This document shows positions 1-10,925 of a DNA stretch of 64,000 nt, piece by piece; position 1 is the stretch's first letter, and the number at the start of each line of letters is the position of its first letter. Position numbers and translations under genes: made by a program. The stretch spans positions 25,547,499 to 25,611,498 of the forward strand of contig NC_057737.1 of the NCBI RefSeq assembly GCF_004010195.1, given 5' to 3'. This DNA comes from Chiloscyllium plagiosum (Eukaryota). Under the pieces are notes generated by a model that did no database searches, was not told the origin of the DNA, and saw nothing but the letters and a program-made list of their open reading frames with translations.

Positions 1-205
1 CCTGACCTATCACCCTCACCTTGACCTCCTTCCACCTATCGCATTTCCAACGCGCCTCCCCCAAGACCCTCCTCCCTACCTTTTATCTTAGCCTGCTGGA
101 CACAATTTCCTCATTCCTGAAGAAGGGCTCATGTCCGAAACGTCGATTCCCCTGCTCCTTGGATGCTGCCTGACCTGCTGCGCTTTTCCAGCAACACATT
201 TTCAG
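1..205 (+). mobile_element. 3' terminal fragment of Penelope-like element family A, carrying a hammerhead motif
   Basis: Matches the end of the larger element at 61778-62800 (C-rich tract, CATTCCTGANGAAGGGC..GAAACGTC, then GATGCTGCCTGACCTGCTG..TTTTCCAGC). Confidence 0.75.
112..150 (+). ncRNA. Minimal type I hammerhead ribozyme motif
   Basis: CTGAAGA (117-123), extra A, stem II GGGC-TCAT-GTCC, GAAA (137-140), CGTC with GUC triplet; short stem I TC/GA. Confidence 0.7.
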
Positions 206-576
206 TTATAGATCAGGTAGCAATGTTTCGCCTTGAACAGGTGCTGATACCTGTAGTTGGTACTGCAGTGTTCTCCGCCGTCCTCATTTTATGATGTTAA
301 CAGCCAAAAAATATTCCTATGAAATGTAATTGTTGTGATTGTACTAAGTATTTTCTGTTTTGCTTTGATTACATTTACAAGTTGCATTGATAGCTTTCTT
401 TCTTGTTTTTCTTTCATGAGTTTAAGGAATTTGAAGTACAACTTTGTATCTGCATGCAATAATACTAATGACCTGTTAATATTCTGCCATCCCTTAGGCT
501 TCCATGGGAAAGTGGTAAGAGGGACATTCTTAGTCTGTCAGCAATTGCTTGCATTGTGGGGTTCCTTGGGTTCTTC

Positions 577-852
577 ATAGAATCATAGAATCTCTACAGT
601 ATGGAAACTGATCATTTGGCTAAGCAAGTCCACACTGACCCTCCAAAAAGTAATCCATCCAGACCCATTCTGCTACCCTATTGCTCGACATTTCCCCTGA
701 CTAATGCACTTAATCTGCGCATCCTTGAACGGTATGACCAATTTAGCATGGCCAGTTCAGCTAACCAGCACATCTTTGGACTGTGGGAGGAAACTGGAGA
801 ACCCAGAGAAAGTCCACACAGACACAGGGAGAATGTGCAAACTCCACACACT
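577..852 (-). mobile_element. HE1-like tRNA-derived SINE, 5'-truncated
   Basis: Reverse complement of the SINE body at 9484-9805; ends in a short tandem-repeat tail (CATAGAAT)2. Confidence 0.85.
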
Positions 853-2139
853 CAGTTGCTTGAGATTCTTCTGTTGCTATGGTGATGAGTAAATTGTTCA
901 AAAGCAAAAGACTAACATAAGGGTGCTTGATTGTTACATTCTGTTATGTGGCATTTGTTTGTGTGAGGATGTGATGACATAAAGCTTGGGCAATGATGTA
1001 ATAGTATTTGATATTCACTGCTGAGTACTAGGACAGAGCTGTTTACATTTTCCAATTATCAGCACCTCCCAAGAAGCATAATCATAGATTCATGGGAGTT
1101 GTCCGATCATCTGTGATCCTCCCCTTCAACATCAAGCATAGAGGAATCTGTGGAGGAACATTTAGGTAGAGCATGATGGTATGTAGGAGTTAGAAACCTG
1201 TGAATGAAATTTCCATCAGATGCCAATGGAAGGAATGTTTAGCCAGGAAAGGATATTGAGTCTAACTTGCAGAGTGTTCAACATTGAATGCAAAAGAATA
1301 GCTAAGCCTATGTTGATTCCCATAATAACATCCATAACTGGCAATACTGATCAAACTATTCAATAAGGTAAGATATATTTCATGTCGGAAACAGAGAGTC
1401 TGGTTTGTCTGGATCATTCAACAGCATCCCGAGCACACTTTTTTTTGGTTTCGTCTACTTTGTATATCTGCCGTACGTTTTTGGCTAACAAGGAGCCCAG
1501 AGATTTTTTTTTTTATTCTGAATTGTGTTAATTATCTGTGTCCATCTCTAGATGTTTGCTTTATTTGTGGAATATCTGAAGGTATTTATCATTACAGTTG
1601 AAGTTAGATTTGCCCAACAATTCTACCACTTTAAAGGATTTTTGTTCTTTTTCTTTTACTTTTGTTGTTTGGTAGCCAAACCGAGATTATTTTCAAAATA
1701 ATCTGTGTCAAAGTTATCTGTGTCAAAAGGATTGAATGCACAAAAAACTTGAAATTGTAAATTCTAATGATGCAACTTTTTTTTATATAAATAAGATGCA
1801 TGGTACTTCTCAGTTAAGTCAGTGCCCAACTAGTAAGAACGTGAAAATTAATTCTGAATCTTATGGTATTTTCTTCGGAAAATTTGATTTTGAAGCATGT
1901 TTTGAGGCAATTTCTCCATCAGGAGTCCTTTCTTGCATGTACCACCCAGTTGGTTTAAAAGAAAACAGGAAGAAAACCTAGAGTATTGTATCCCAATCCC
2001 ATGCTGGTGGATTCATTCTTCAATTTGTTTCTGTCCTGGTCTCTTGAAGATGATATGCATTACTTTTTGGTACCTTAATCTGTGGTCAAACCTTCTATGT
2101 AAGTCGAAGAATACATAGAAGAACGTAAACTATAGAACA

Positions 2140-4100
2140 GATATTGGAAGTCTGGAAAAAAAACAGGAAATGGAGGCAAATAAAAATAAGGGAACACAAT
2201 AGGGGCCATGGTTTTATGGTCTAAAATTGTTGAATTCCATGTTCTATGATTCCAGAAGGCTCTGAAGTGACAGGTTGAAAGAAAAGCAGCAGGCTGTAGA
2301 CAGAAATGTCAGTGTGAGAGGTCTGTAATTAAGATGACAGGTTGTTGGAAGCTCTGAGTCAAGCTTATGGACAGAATGGAAGTGTTCCCCAAAGCAGTCA
2401 CCGAATCTTGTTTGGTCCCTCACTGTAAAGTAACCGCATTCTGAGCTGCGAATATGGTAGTCTAGATTGAGAGAAATATACATAATTGCTGTTTAATTTG
2501 GGAGGGACTTGAATTGTGAGGTTATCTTCTGAGATACTTAGATGCTGTGGGAAGAGGACAAGATGACAGGAATGGAAAAGAGAATTGGATCATCTGTTGT
2601 GCTCCATACTTTTTGACTTCAGAAGGCAATGGTCTATTTGGAATGCTGGAGGCGGAGGAGAGGGGGAAGATGTGTTTGGTGGCTTTGCAATGAAGATAAC
2701 ATTATTTATTGAATATGTAAGCTAATAGGATATAAGATCAGAGCAAGGGGACCTGTCATAGTTATGGAATTGAAAGGGTTACAACAGAAGTATAATCAGT
2801 GTGATTGAAACAGATGGGACGATGATGGAGGAAAATCAACACAGAGTCATACAACCCATATCCCTCCAAACCTTTCCTATTTATGTATCTATCCAAATGT
2901 CTTTTTTTAATTTTGGGTTTTTTTCATGTTAATGAAACAAAATGGAAAAAATCTTGTTAGTAAAATTATGGCTGTAATGAGTGTTTGGTCTTTTTTTAAA
3001 TAAACTAATACATCTTTAATTAAGCCTGAAATCCCAGGAGCAGCTGCACGATCCATGCTGCTCTCTTTGGATCTCCAGAAGCATTTTTGTAGAAGGTTGC
3101 TTAATTACATCAGATGTAAAGGAGACTAAGGAACTGGGCAAATGAAATGTAGTCTTTACTTAGTCTAGAGTGTGAGGAAGTCAAGTCAGGGTAGGTATGA
3201 GAACACCTTCGGTTATGGGAGCATTTTATGAATTAGTCGATTAATGAGATGGAAAGTCAAGGAAAAAAAAAGGTGGCAATGAACCATATGAGACTGAGTG
3301 AAAGGTAGAATTATGAAACAATATTGAAATTTTCTCAATTCTGGATGAAATGTGACATGACACCAATATAATCGCCAGTGTTGACAAAGAGTTGAGGGAA
3401 AAGGTCCAATTACAACTGAAATAAGCCATGTTTAACAGGCATTTTTGTAAGCTAAGATTTGTGTGAGTATCTCTAGAACCTCTCTTTATTTGAAGTGAAT
3501 TGTTTTGAAAGACAAATTTTGAAGTGCTCATGGTGCACTGCTGGATGGGGACTGATTGGGTTTCAATTAAAGGAAGAAGCAGCTTTCAGACTGTCCTGTG
3601 GAGGGTGAGGGTATATATATTTTGGGTGTCTAGTGAACATCTGGGCAAGGAAATTTTAAACATTGCTGAAGCCCTCCCCCTTGATTTTAAGAGACATTGA
3701 TTTTAAGTGGGAAGAGATTAGACAAATGGAGAAAAGAGTCTAGGTATAGAGAAATCGGTTTGTTGGGGCTGAAACAGTACATCTACCGAGTCAACCTATG
3801 GATGGACTTTAGGAAGAAGATAGAAGTTAGCTAACAACGCTTTGAATCTGACATGGGAACCTGTGGATGGAAGCCCCTCGAGGTGATAAGGTCTGTGACT
3901 GTTGTGGAATCTTTGGCTTGAGGATCAATAATTGGGTCGCTGTCCAGGGATAGGTAGGAGAAACTGTTAAAATTGACATGCAACTTCAGCAAGGCCGAAG
4001 TCAGTTTTCCAGATGACAACAGCGCTACCCTTGTCCCTACGTTTGAAGACAAGGTTGGGGTTATACCTGAGCAAAGAGTGCAGTAAGTTCAGAAGGCAGG
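2140..4100 (-). mobile_element. Highly decayed retroelement, probably Penelope-like
   Basis: Purine-rich + strand with patchy resemblance to the reverse complement of the PLE at 61778-62800; no intact ORF; boundaries approximate. Confidence 0.35.
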
Positions 4101-4139
4101 TAATAGAGAACTCATGAAAGTCTAGGAATTGCAATTTAA

Positions 4140-5345
4140 AAAGTGACTAACCATGTGCAGAATCCTAAGAGGACTTGACATGTGGATGCTGAAAGATATT
4201 TCTTCTTTTGAGAAAGAATTGACATAACAGATGCACTTTAAACTTAAGAGGTTTCCTATTTAAGACTGAGATGAATTTTTTTGAACTCTCAAAATTTGTG
4301 AATCATTGAAATACTCTTCCCAGCAAGCAGTGGAGGCAGAGTCGTTTTTCAGATAGAAGTAAATGATTCACTAACCAGGGACTCAAAGATTGTTTGGGGT
4401 AGATAAAAATGTACAGGTGAGGCCACAATCAGAGTAGCCACAATTCTGCTGGTTGGTTGAGCAGACTAGATGGGCCAAATAGCCTACTCCCAATTCAAAT
4501 GATAGTATGAATGTAGCTTTTCCCAGTATGTCAAAATTTTATAAGCACTTTAATCTGTGAGGAGGATGGTGTAAAGCTGCAAAAGAACATTAATAAGCTC
4601 ATGGGTTGAGCAGTTATGTGGTAGATGAAGTTCAATGTGAGATGATACATCTTGGTCAAAAGAACATAGAGATGCAGTATTAAATGAATCACACGCAGTA
4701 GCAGAGAGACATAACTTGTATGTATATAAGTAATTAAAAGTGGTAGGGCATGTAAAACACGTATTTAATAAAGCATTCAGTATTTTGGGCTTTATTAATA
4801 GTCACAGACCACATGAGCAGAGAAGTTAAGTTGAATACACTAGTTGGACCTCAGCTGCTGCATTTTGTGTGCCACACTGAAGATGTGAATTCACTTGTGT
4901 ACAGAAGAGGTTTATGGAAGTGGCTCCAAGAATGAGATACTTCCATTATGAATATAGATTGGAGAAGCTGGGACTGCTTTCCTTGGGGAAGAGAAGACTG
5001 AGAAGTTTGACAGAAGTTTTGAAAATTATGAGAGTCCTGTACAGAGTTGTTGAAAATTGTTCCCGCTTTATAAGAAGTTTGAGAACATTGAGGTGCAGAT
5101 ATAAGGTAATTTGCATAATCAGATTTGATGTGAGCAAAATCTTTTTACAGAGTGAGTAGTTAGGCTGTGAAATGCAGTGCCTGCAAGCAGGTCAGCTAAG
5201 GCATTCATGAGAGTGTTCGATAACAATTTAAGTAGAAATAATATTCAGGGTTATTTGGGGAAAAAAAAAGTTGGCACAAGTCATTAACTCATTCAGAAAA
5301 TTGGTGCAGACACGATGGGCCAAACAGCTTCCATCTGTACTGTCA
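4140..5345 (+). mobile_element. Two decayed CR1 LINE 3' fragments in tandem
   Basis: ORF 4914-5159 has YEYRLEKLGLLSLGKRRLRSLTEVLKIM, typical of the CR1 ORF2 C-terminus; tails GATGGGCCAAA at about 4470 and 5315. Confidence 0.75.
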
Positions 5346-5969
5346 GAATTTGTGATTAAAATGGTGATTATTAGAGTGTATAGCAGAACTCCTTTTAATA
5401 TAACGCACACAGAGAGGGGGTGGGGGGAGTGTGATCGAATTGTTCTTAAAAATGATGTGGTTAACCCTTTTGATTACCTAAATTGTAAGAACATAAACAT
5501 GATTGGTTTATGAGCATTGTGAGCAAATTTGTCACTAATTCCTGAGATATTTTGTCATGTTTTTGATCTTGAGCTTTTTTCTCTTGAAATCTCTGGATTT
5601 ATGTTTGTCTAGTAGCATGCATAAATATATTGTTAAACAGGCTAAAACTTTCTATTTCACCGTTAGCTAATACTTCTTGGTTTGCAGTGGAAAGTAAATT
5701 GACGATGTAGCTTGTTTGTCTACTTAAGGTGATAAATTTTCAGCTGCCTAATGTAGAACCAAAAGTATTACAAAAGTTGTTTTTACTTCTGAAGTACTTT
5801 TGTACGGTTGTCTGTTTGAGGTGTAATCTCATGCAGCTTTCTCATTGACATTTTGTTTTCTTTTTCAGATGTGTTTTCCTGTTTTGGTGCCATGGAATTG
5901 ATTTAAAAGCAGATTTGTAAGAGACTATTTTGATATCTGGATCAATAACTATCTTAGTGATATTTCAAA

Positions 5970-6826
5970 ATGGTAGGCAAATTAAAACAGAACTTATTAT
6001 TAGCATGTTTAGTGATCAGCTCACTAACTGTATTTTATCTTGGCCGTTATGCAATAGAATGCCACCATAGAGTAGAAGAGCATACGCAGCAACATTCTAA
6101 CATTCTAGATAGTGGCAGATCATTACGTTACATTTCAAAATCTGGATTCAAAAATAGTTCAAGTAGACTTGTTTACAACAAAGACATGCCATTAATATTT
6201 ATTGGAGGAGTACCAAGAAGTGGCACCACACTCATGAGAGCAATGCTTGATGCCCATCCTGAAATTCGTTGTGGCGAGGAAACCCGGGTTATTCCTAGAA
6301 TCCTTGCAATGAAACAAATGTGGAGCAGATCTGGCCGAGAGAAACAGCGATTGGATGAAGCTGGTGTTACTGATGAGGTGCTGGACTCGGCCATGCAAGC
6401 CTTTTTATTAGAAATCATTGTTAAACATGGGGAACCTGCTACGTACTTATGCAATAAAGATCCATTTGCTCTCAAATCATTGACTTATTTGAGCAAAATT
6501 TTTCCCAATGCCAAATTCATTCTAATGATACGGGATGGACGTGCTTCAGTACATTCCATGATTACTCGGAAAGTTACCATAGCAGGATTTGACCTCAGCA
6601 GTTACAGAGACTGTCTGACCAAATGGAACCGTGCTATTGAGACCATGTATAATCAATGTTTGGAAACTGGGTTTAATAAGTGTTTACCAGTACACTATGA
6701 ACAACTCGTTTTGCATCCTGAAACTTGGATGAAGAATGTTCTGAAGTTCCTAGGTGTTCCTTGGAATACAGCAGTATTGCATCATGAAGAAATGATAGGG
6801 AAAGCAGGAGGTGTTTCTCTTTCTAA
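5970..6826 (+). CDS. TPST1: TPST1 first coding exon (exon starts 5869 after TTTTTCAG; donor AA|GTAAGT)
   Basis: [25 protein letters not shown] type II membrane anchor, as in vertebrate TPST1; PAPS-binding motifs [10 protein letters not shown] and RDGRASVHS; ends AGGVSLSK with a phase-2 intron. Confidence 0.97.
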
Positions 6827-7057
6827 GTAAGTATTAGTTAACATTTTATTTGTAGAATATCTGAAGTCAATTCTGAGAATTGAAAAACCTCATTGTAATT
6901 GTAAAACTCAAAACAAAACACATCGCTTTGTCCTGTAAAATACCTTTGATAGGCCTGTGCTGCTTGTGGTTGCTAGGGTACTGTTATGAAGAACATCAAA
7001 AGAAGATTCAAAAACCGTATTGTAAGCTTTGCCTTAATAGTTCAATTTTCCAGTTTC

Positions 7058-7425
7058 GGGTGGTGGTGGTTTAATGATAATATCACTGGACTTGTAGTCC
7101 AGAGGCCCAGCCTAATGCTTTTGTGTCATTGGCTTAAACACCACATGACAGATGGTGGAATTTAATTAATAATTCTGGAATTGAAAGCTACGTTTAATAA
7201 TGGTGACTATGAAACTATTCTTCTTTGCCATAAGAAAAACTATCTTGTTCAGTGGGAAGGAATTCTGCTGTTCTTATCTGGTTTGATCTGCATTTGACTC
7301 CAGCGTCAGAGCTGTCAGAAATGGCTGAGTGAGCCATTGAATTCAAGGGTAATTAGGGATGTACCACAATTGCAGGCCTTGCTGGTACCTGTATTGATAC
7401 CCGTAATGCATCTAAGAATAATGAA
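7058..7425 (+). mobile_element. Old SINE family B (tRNA-like head, GGAAGGAAATCTGC..GACTCCAG core)
   Basis: Core shared with copies at about 33050-33400, 55370-55690 and 58880-59180; tail resembles the 3' end of LINE family B. Confidence 0.6.
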
Positions 7426-7879
7426 AAAATATATGAAGGTGTTTTTAAGACTCCAACTGCTGTTCCACATGATTCTCTAATTTATACTTCTGCACTTATG
7501 TTCAGATCTTTAATTTGACTAAATAGTTTTGGATGTGAAGCTCTTATTATATTTGATTTTCAGTACCAAACAAAACATGGACTTAAGCTGACAATGAAAT
7601 ATAAAGAGCTGAAGAGTCTTGCCATTCTAACGTTTTTTGAGTAAGATATATAATGCTTAAATACTTTGACCCAATAACCAATGCTCCCCCCTCAGTTGCA
7701 CAGCTGCTCCAATGGTCCATTCATGCCGATTCAGTTGTGACTGGAGCAATTAGAAGGAATGTAAATATTACACTTTAAGCATCCTGCTAACCTTTTTTTT
7801 TAATGACTGTGTATATCAGGTTCCAAATTTTGGGGTACTCCCAAGTACCTACAAATATATATGAATTAGGACAAGTAGG

Positions 7880-8430
7880 CTATTCAGCCCCACCACAGTC
7901 AGTAAGATCCTTATTTTTATGTTCAGTTCCTCTTGCAATAAAGGATAGACAGCCAATGAAATACTTAATCACTTGCTGTACCCACATGCTAACCTTTTGT
8001 GACTCATGCACTAGAGTACCTAGATTACTCTGCATCTTGGACTTCTGCAGTCATTCTGTTTACAGAGTACTCTGCTTTTTTAAATTCTTCCTGCCAAAGT
8101 GAACAATTCTACATTTTTCCGCTTCATACTCCAACTGCCAAATTTTTGTCCACTTAATCAGGTTGTCTCAATCAGTCTACAACCTGCTTATGTCCTCTTC
8201 ACAACATACCTTCCTACCTATCTTTGTATCATCTATAAATTTAACTAGCATGCCTTCTCTCCTTCATTTAAATTATAAAAAGATGAGAGCACAACACTAC
8301 GCTTGGAGGGCCACACTTTTCAATCCTGCCAATCAGAGAGAGGCCTATTAATGCATACGGTTTATGCCATGTAATCTTCTATCTATGCTGATCTGTTATC
8401 TCCCATACCATGTGCTTCTATTTTACACAA
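7880..8430 (-). mobile_element. Decayed CR1 LINE fragment
   Basis: Aligns by eye with the CR1 at 30700-32520 (CCTTTTGTGACTCATGCAC..CCTAGAT). Confidence 0.7.
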
Positions 8431-9483
8431 CCACTGTACCACTCAGAATGAGGCAATGTTACTGTCTCATTCATCTGATCACTTATTTGTAGGATATTTG
8501 AGTAAATACTGCAGCAATTTTATGCCAAATGTTCTTTTTCAAACTATAGGAAGCATTGTGGACATTTAATGTTATGGTGTTATTTAAATGCTTTTTTGTT
8601 CAAGCAATAGCCAATTGGAAGTGATTCGGAAGTCTAGATAAATTCTATCAATGCAGCGTAACAGATATCCTTTTCAGGACACTTTTTTTATCTCAGTTTA
8701 AGATTTGAGGGTGAAGGCAGGATAGTTGAATATTTTTAAAGCTGAAGAGATGTGTTCCTGTAACAATGAGTGAGAGGTTATCAGCTGTAAACCAAAATGT
8801 GGAGTTGTGACCACAATCAGATTCTCTATGACGTCAAGCAGGTTCAAAAGATCAAATGGCCTGCTTCTCCTAATTCATTTGTTTGTATGTATGAGCCATG
8901 ACCAAACAGCAAAAGTGATTTTATAATACCATCTGTGGTTAATGTCAGGCCCAGTAATGAAATGCATAAAACCTAGGAAATTTTGCTGAACTTCGTAATC
9001 TGAAAACCATAAAAGTTGTGAAATGGATCGCCAATTGCATTTTGAAAATTTATTTGAGCACAATTTCAGCACATTCTCTACCATATTACCTCTGTAACTC
9101 ATAGACTACATTTCAAAGCACTGCATCGTTTGAAAGTTGTTTGGGATTTTGATGTATTGAAAGGTACTATTTAAGTTAAAGTCTCCTAACTCTAGATTCT
9201 CTATTGCTTCTAAAAGTAGGTTCCACCTTCATCCTGTGGCAGGTCAACACTCTACAGTAGACTACCCTAGGTAGATGGCAAAGCTAACACACTATAACAT
9301 CTCAAAACTGGAAAGCAGCGCTAAGATTAATAATCTAAGTAGTGCCACTGAGAATCTTAGTAGTGCCACAGGTCAGAATATATTCTGAGTAATTAGCCCT
9401 AAATAACTGACCCATTTTCTCAATTAATGGATATGAGCATTGAAGATTGAGAGACAATGTCACCCTTTAGTTCACGTCCTGAT

Positions 9484-9805
9484 GGGCAGCACAGTGGCTC
9501 AGTGGTTAGCACTACTGCCTCACAGCGCCAGGGCCCTGCGATTCCCGCCTCGGGCAACTGTCTGTGTGGAGTTTGCACACTCTCCCTGTCTCTGCGTGGG
9601 TTTCCTCCGGGTGCTCTGGTTTCCTCCTACAGTCCAAAGATGTGCAGGTTAGGTGAATTGGCTCTGCTAAATTGCCTGTAGTGTTAGGTGCATTAGTCAG
9701 GGGTAAATATAGGGGAATGGGTCTGGGTGGGTTACTCTTCGGAGGGTCGGTGTGGACTTGTTGGGCCGAAGGGCCTGTTTCCACACTGTAGGGAATCTAA
9801 TCTAA
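9484..9805 (+). mobile_element. HE1-like (V-SINE type) tRNA-derived SINE, near full length
   Basis: A-box-like GTGGCTCAGTGGTTAGC head, central GGGTTTCCTCCGGGTGCTCTGGTTTCCTCC..CCAAAGATGTGCAGG, CR1-like tail GGGCCGAAGGGCCTGTTTCC followed by (AATCT)n. Confidence 0.9.
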
Positions 9806-10726
9806 TATCAGGATACCTTGTAGTGTACATGAACCTTGTAGTGTTTTATATTCTTTTGTAAGTGAGTACCAGCATTAATTACAATTCTTTCAAGCTAAAG
9901 TACATCAATAGGTTCTGCAATGCCAAAGCTAATTTGCATACAGTAATGTTTTACTAACAAAGTAATGGCAATTAACCTTTTTTTTATGTATGAAAGAAAG
10001 CATTTGGTTAGAATGTTGAGATTACTAGCATTCACCTGAACAAGTAGACACTTGTGGATTTAGCATCACATGCAATAAAACAATGCTGCTTCACTGCAAT
10101 AAAATTTTGGCTTACAGTCAAGTCTTTGAGACTTTGATCTATTACTTTCCAGTTAAGGTAAGTGAGTCAGCTAACAAAATTGGCTGACTTATTTTAATCT
10201 GGTCTCATCAGAATTACTCTTAATTTGCCTCACTGAACTTCCTACTAATAGCCAACTCTTTTGTGCTAATTGTTGCAAATATTAGTTTTCCTTTGAACAG
10301 CTATCAATGTAGAAACATATTGGCATACAAATACAAATAACTTTCATTAGGCATCAGAAACTGATCATCTCCGATTTTGAAGGTATTCCTTGTTAGTTTT
10401 CAGAGTACAAAGACCCCAGTTTAAATGCCACCAGTATAATTTGATTTATGCTGTTGCTGCAGTTAGTATGCACAATAAGTATGCTGCAAAAATTCTGCCA
10501 TAATATGAATAAAAATATAATTCCTGACCAAGTAGTGATGTTTAATGCCAAAAATAAATTTTAATTATATGCAGGGTCTATCTTAGAATGAACTTGACAT
10601 TTTAAAAACTATATAAAGCTCAGAGCACATTTTAACATGCGGGTGGGGGGGGGGGGGGGGAGGAAAATAGAATTTATATAGACTAACTGTTTTTGTAACT
10701 TAAATGGAATATTTTCAATTTTACAG

Positions 10727-10925
10727 GGTTGAGCGATCTACTGATCAAGTCATCAAACCAGTCAATGTTGAAGCCTTGTCAAAATGGGTGGGAAAAATTC
10801 CGCATGAGGTAGTTCGTGAAATGCCAGTGATTGCACCTATGTTAGCAAAGCTTGGATATGATCCATATGCAAATCCACCCAATTATGGAAAACCAGATCC
10901 AGCAGTTATTGAAAACACTAAAAGG
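10727..10925 (+). CDS. TPST1: TPST1 second coding exon (199 nt)
   Basis: TTACAG acceptor, GACTAAC branch point at 10681; G completes the AA|G Lys codon, then [13 protein letters not shown]...[15 protein letters not shown]...NTKR; donor GTAGGT. Confidence 0.96.

Noticed and set aside
6173-6475. Minus-strand ORFs overlapping TPST1
   Set aside because: Antisense to a well-supported coding exon.
9484-9560. tRNA gene
   Set aside because: tRNA-derived SINE head without a full cloverleaf, continuing into the SINE body.
9477-9812. TCCTGAT/ATCAGGA inverted 7-mers flanking the SINE
   Set aside because: Too short and seen at only one copy; consistent with chance.
10704-10726. ATG at 10704 as a gene start
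   Set aside because: Lies in the intron upstream of the exon 3 acceptor.
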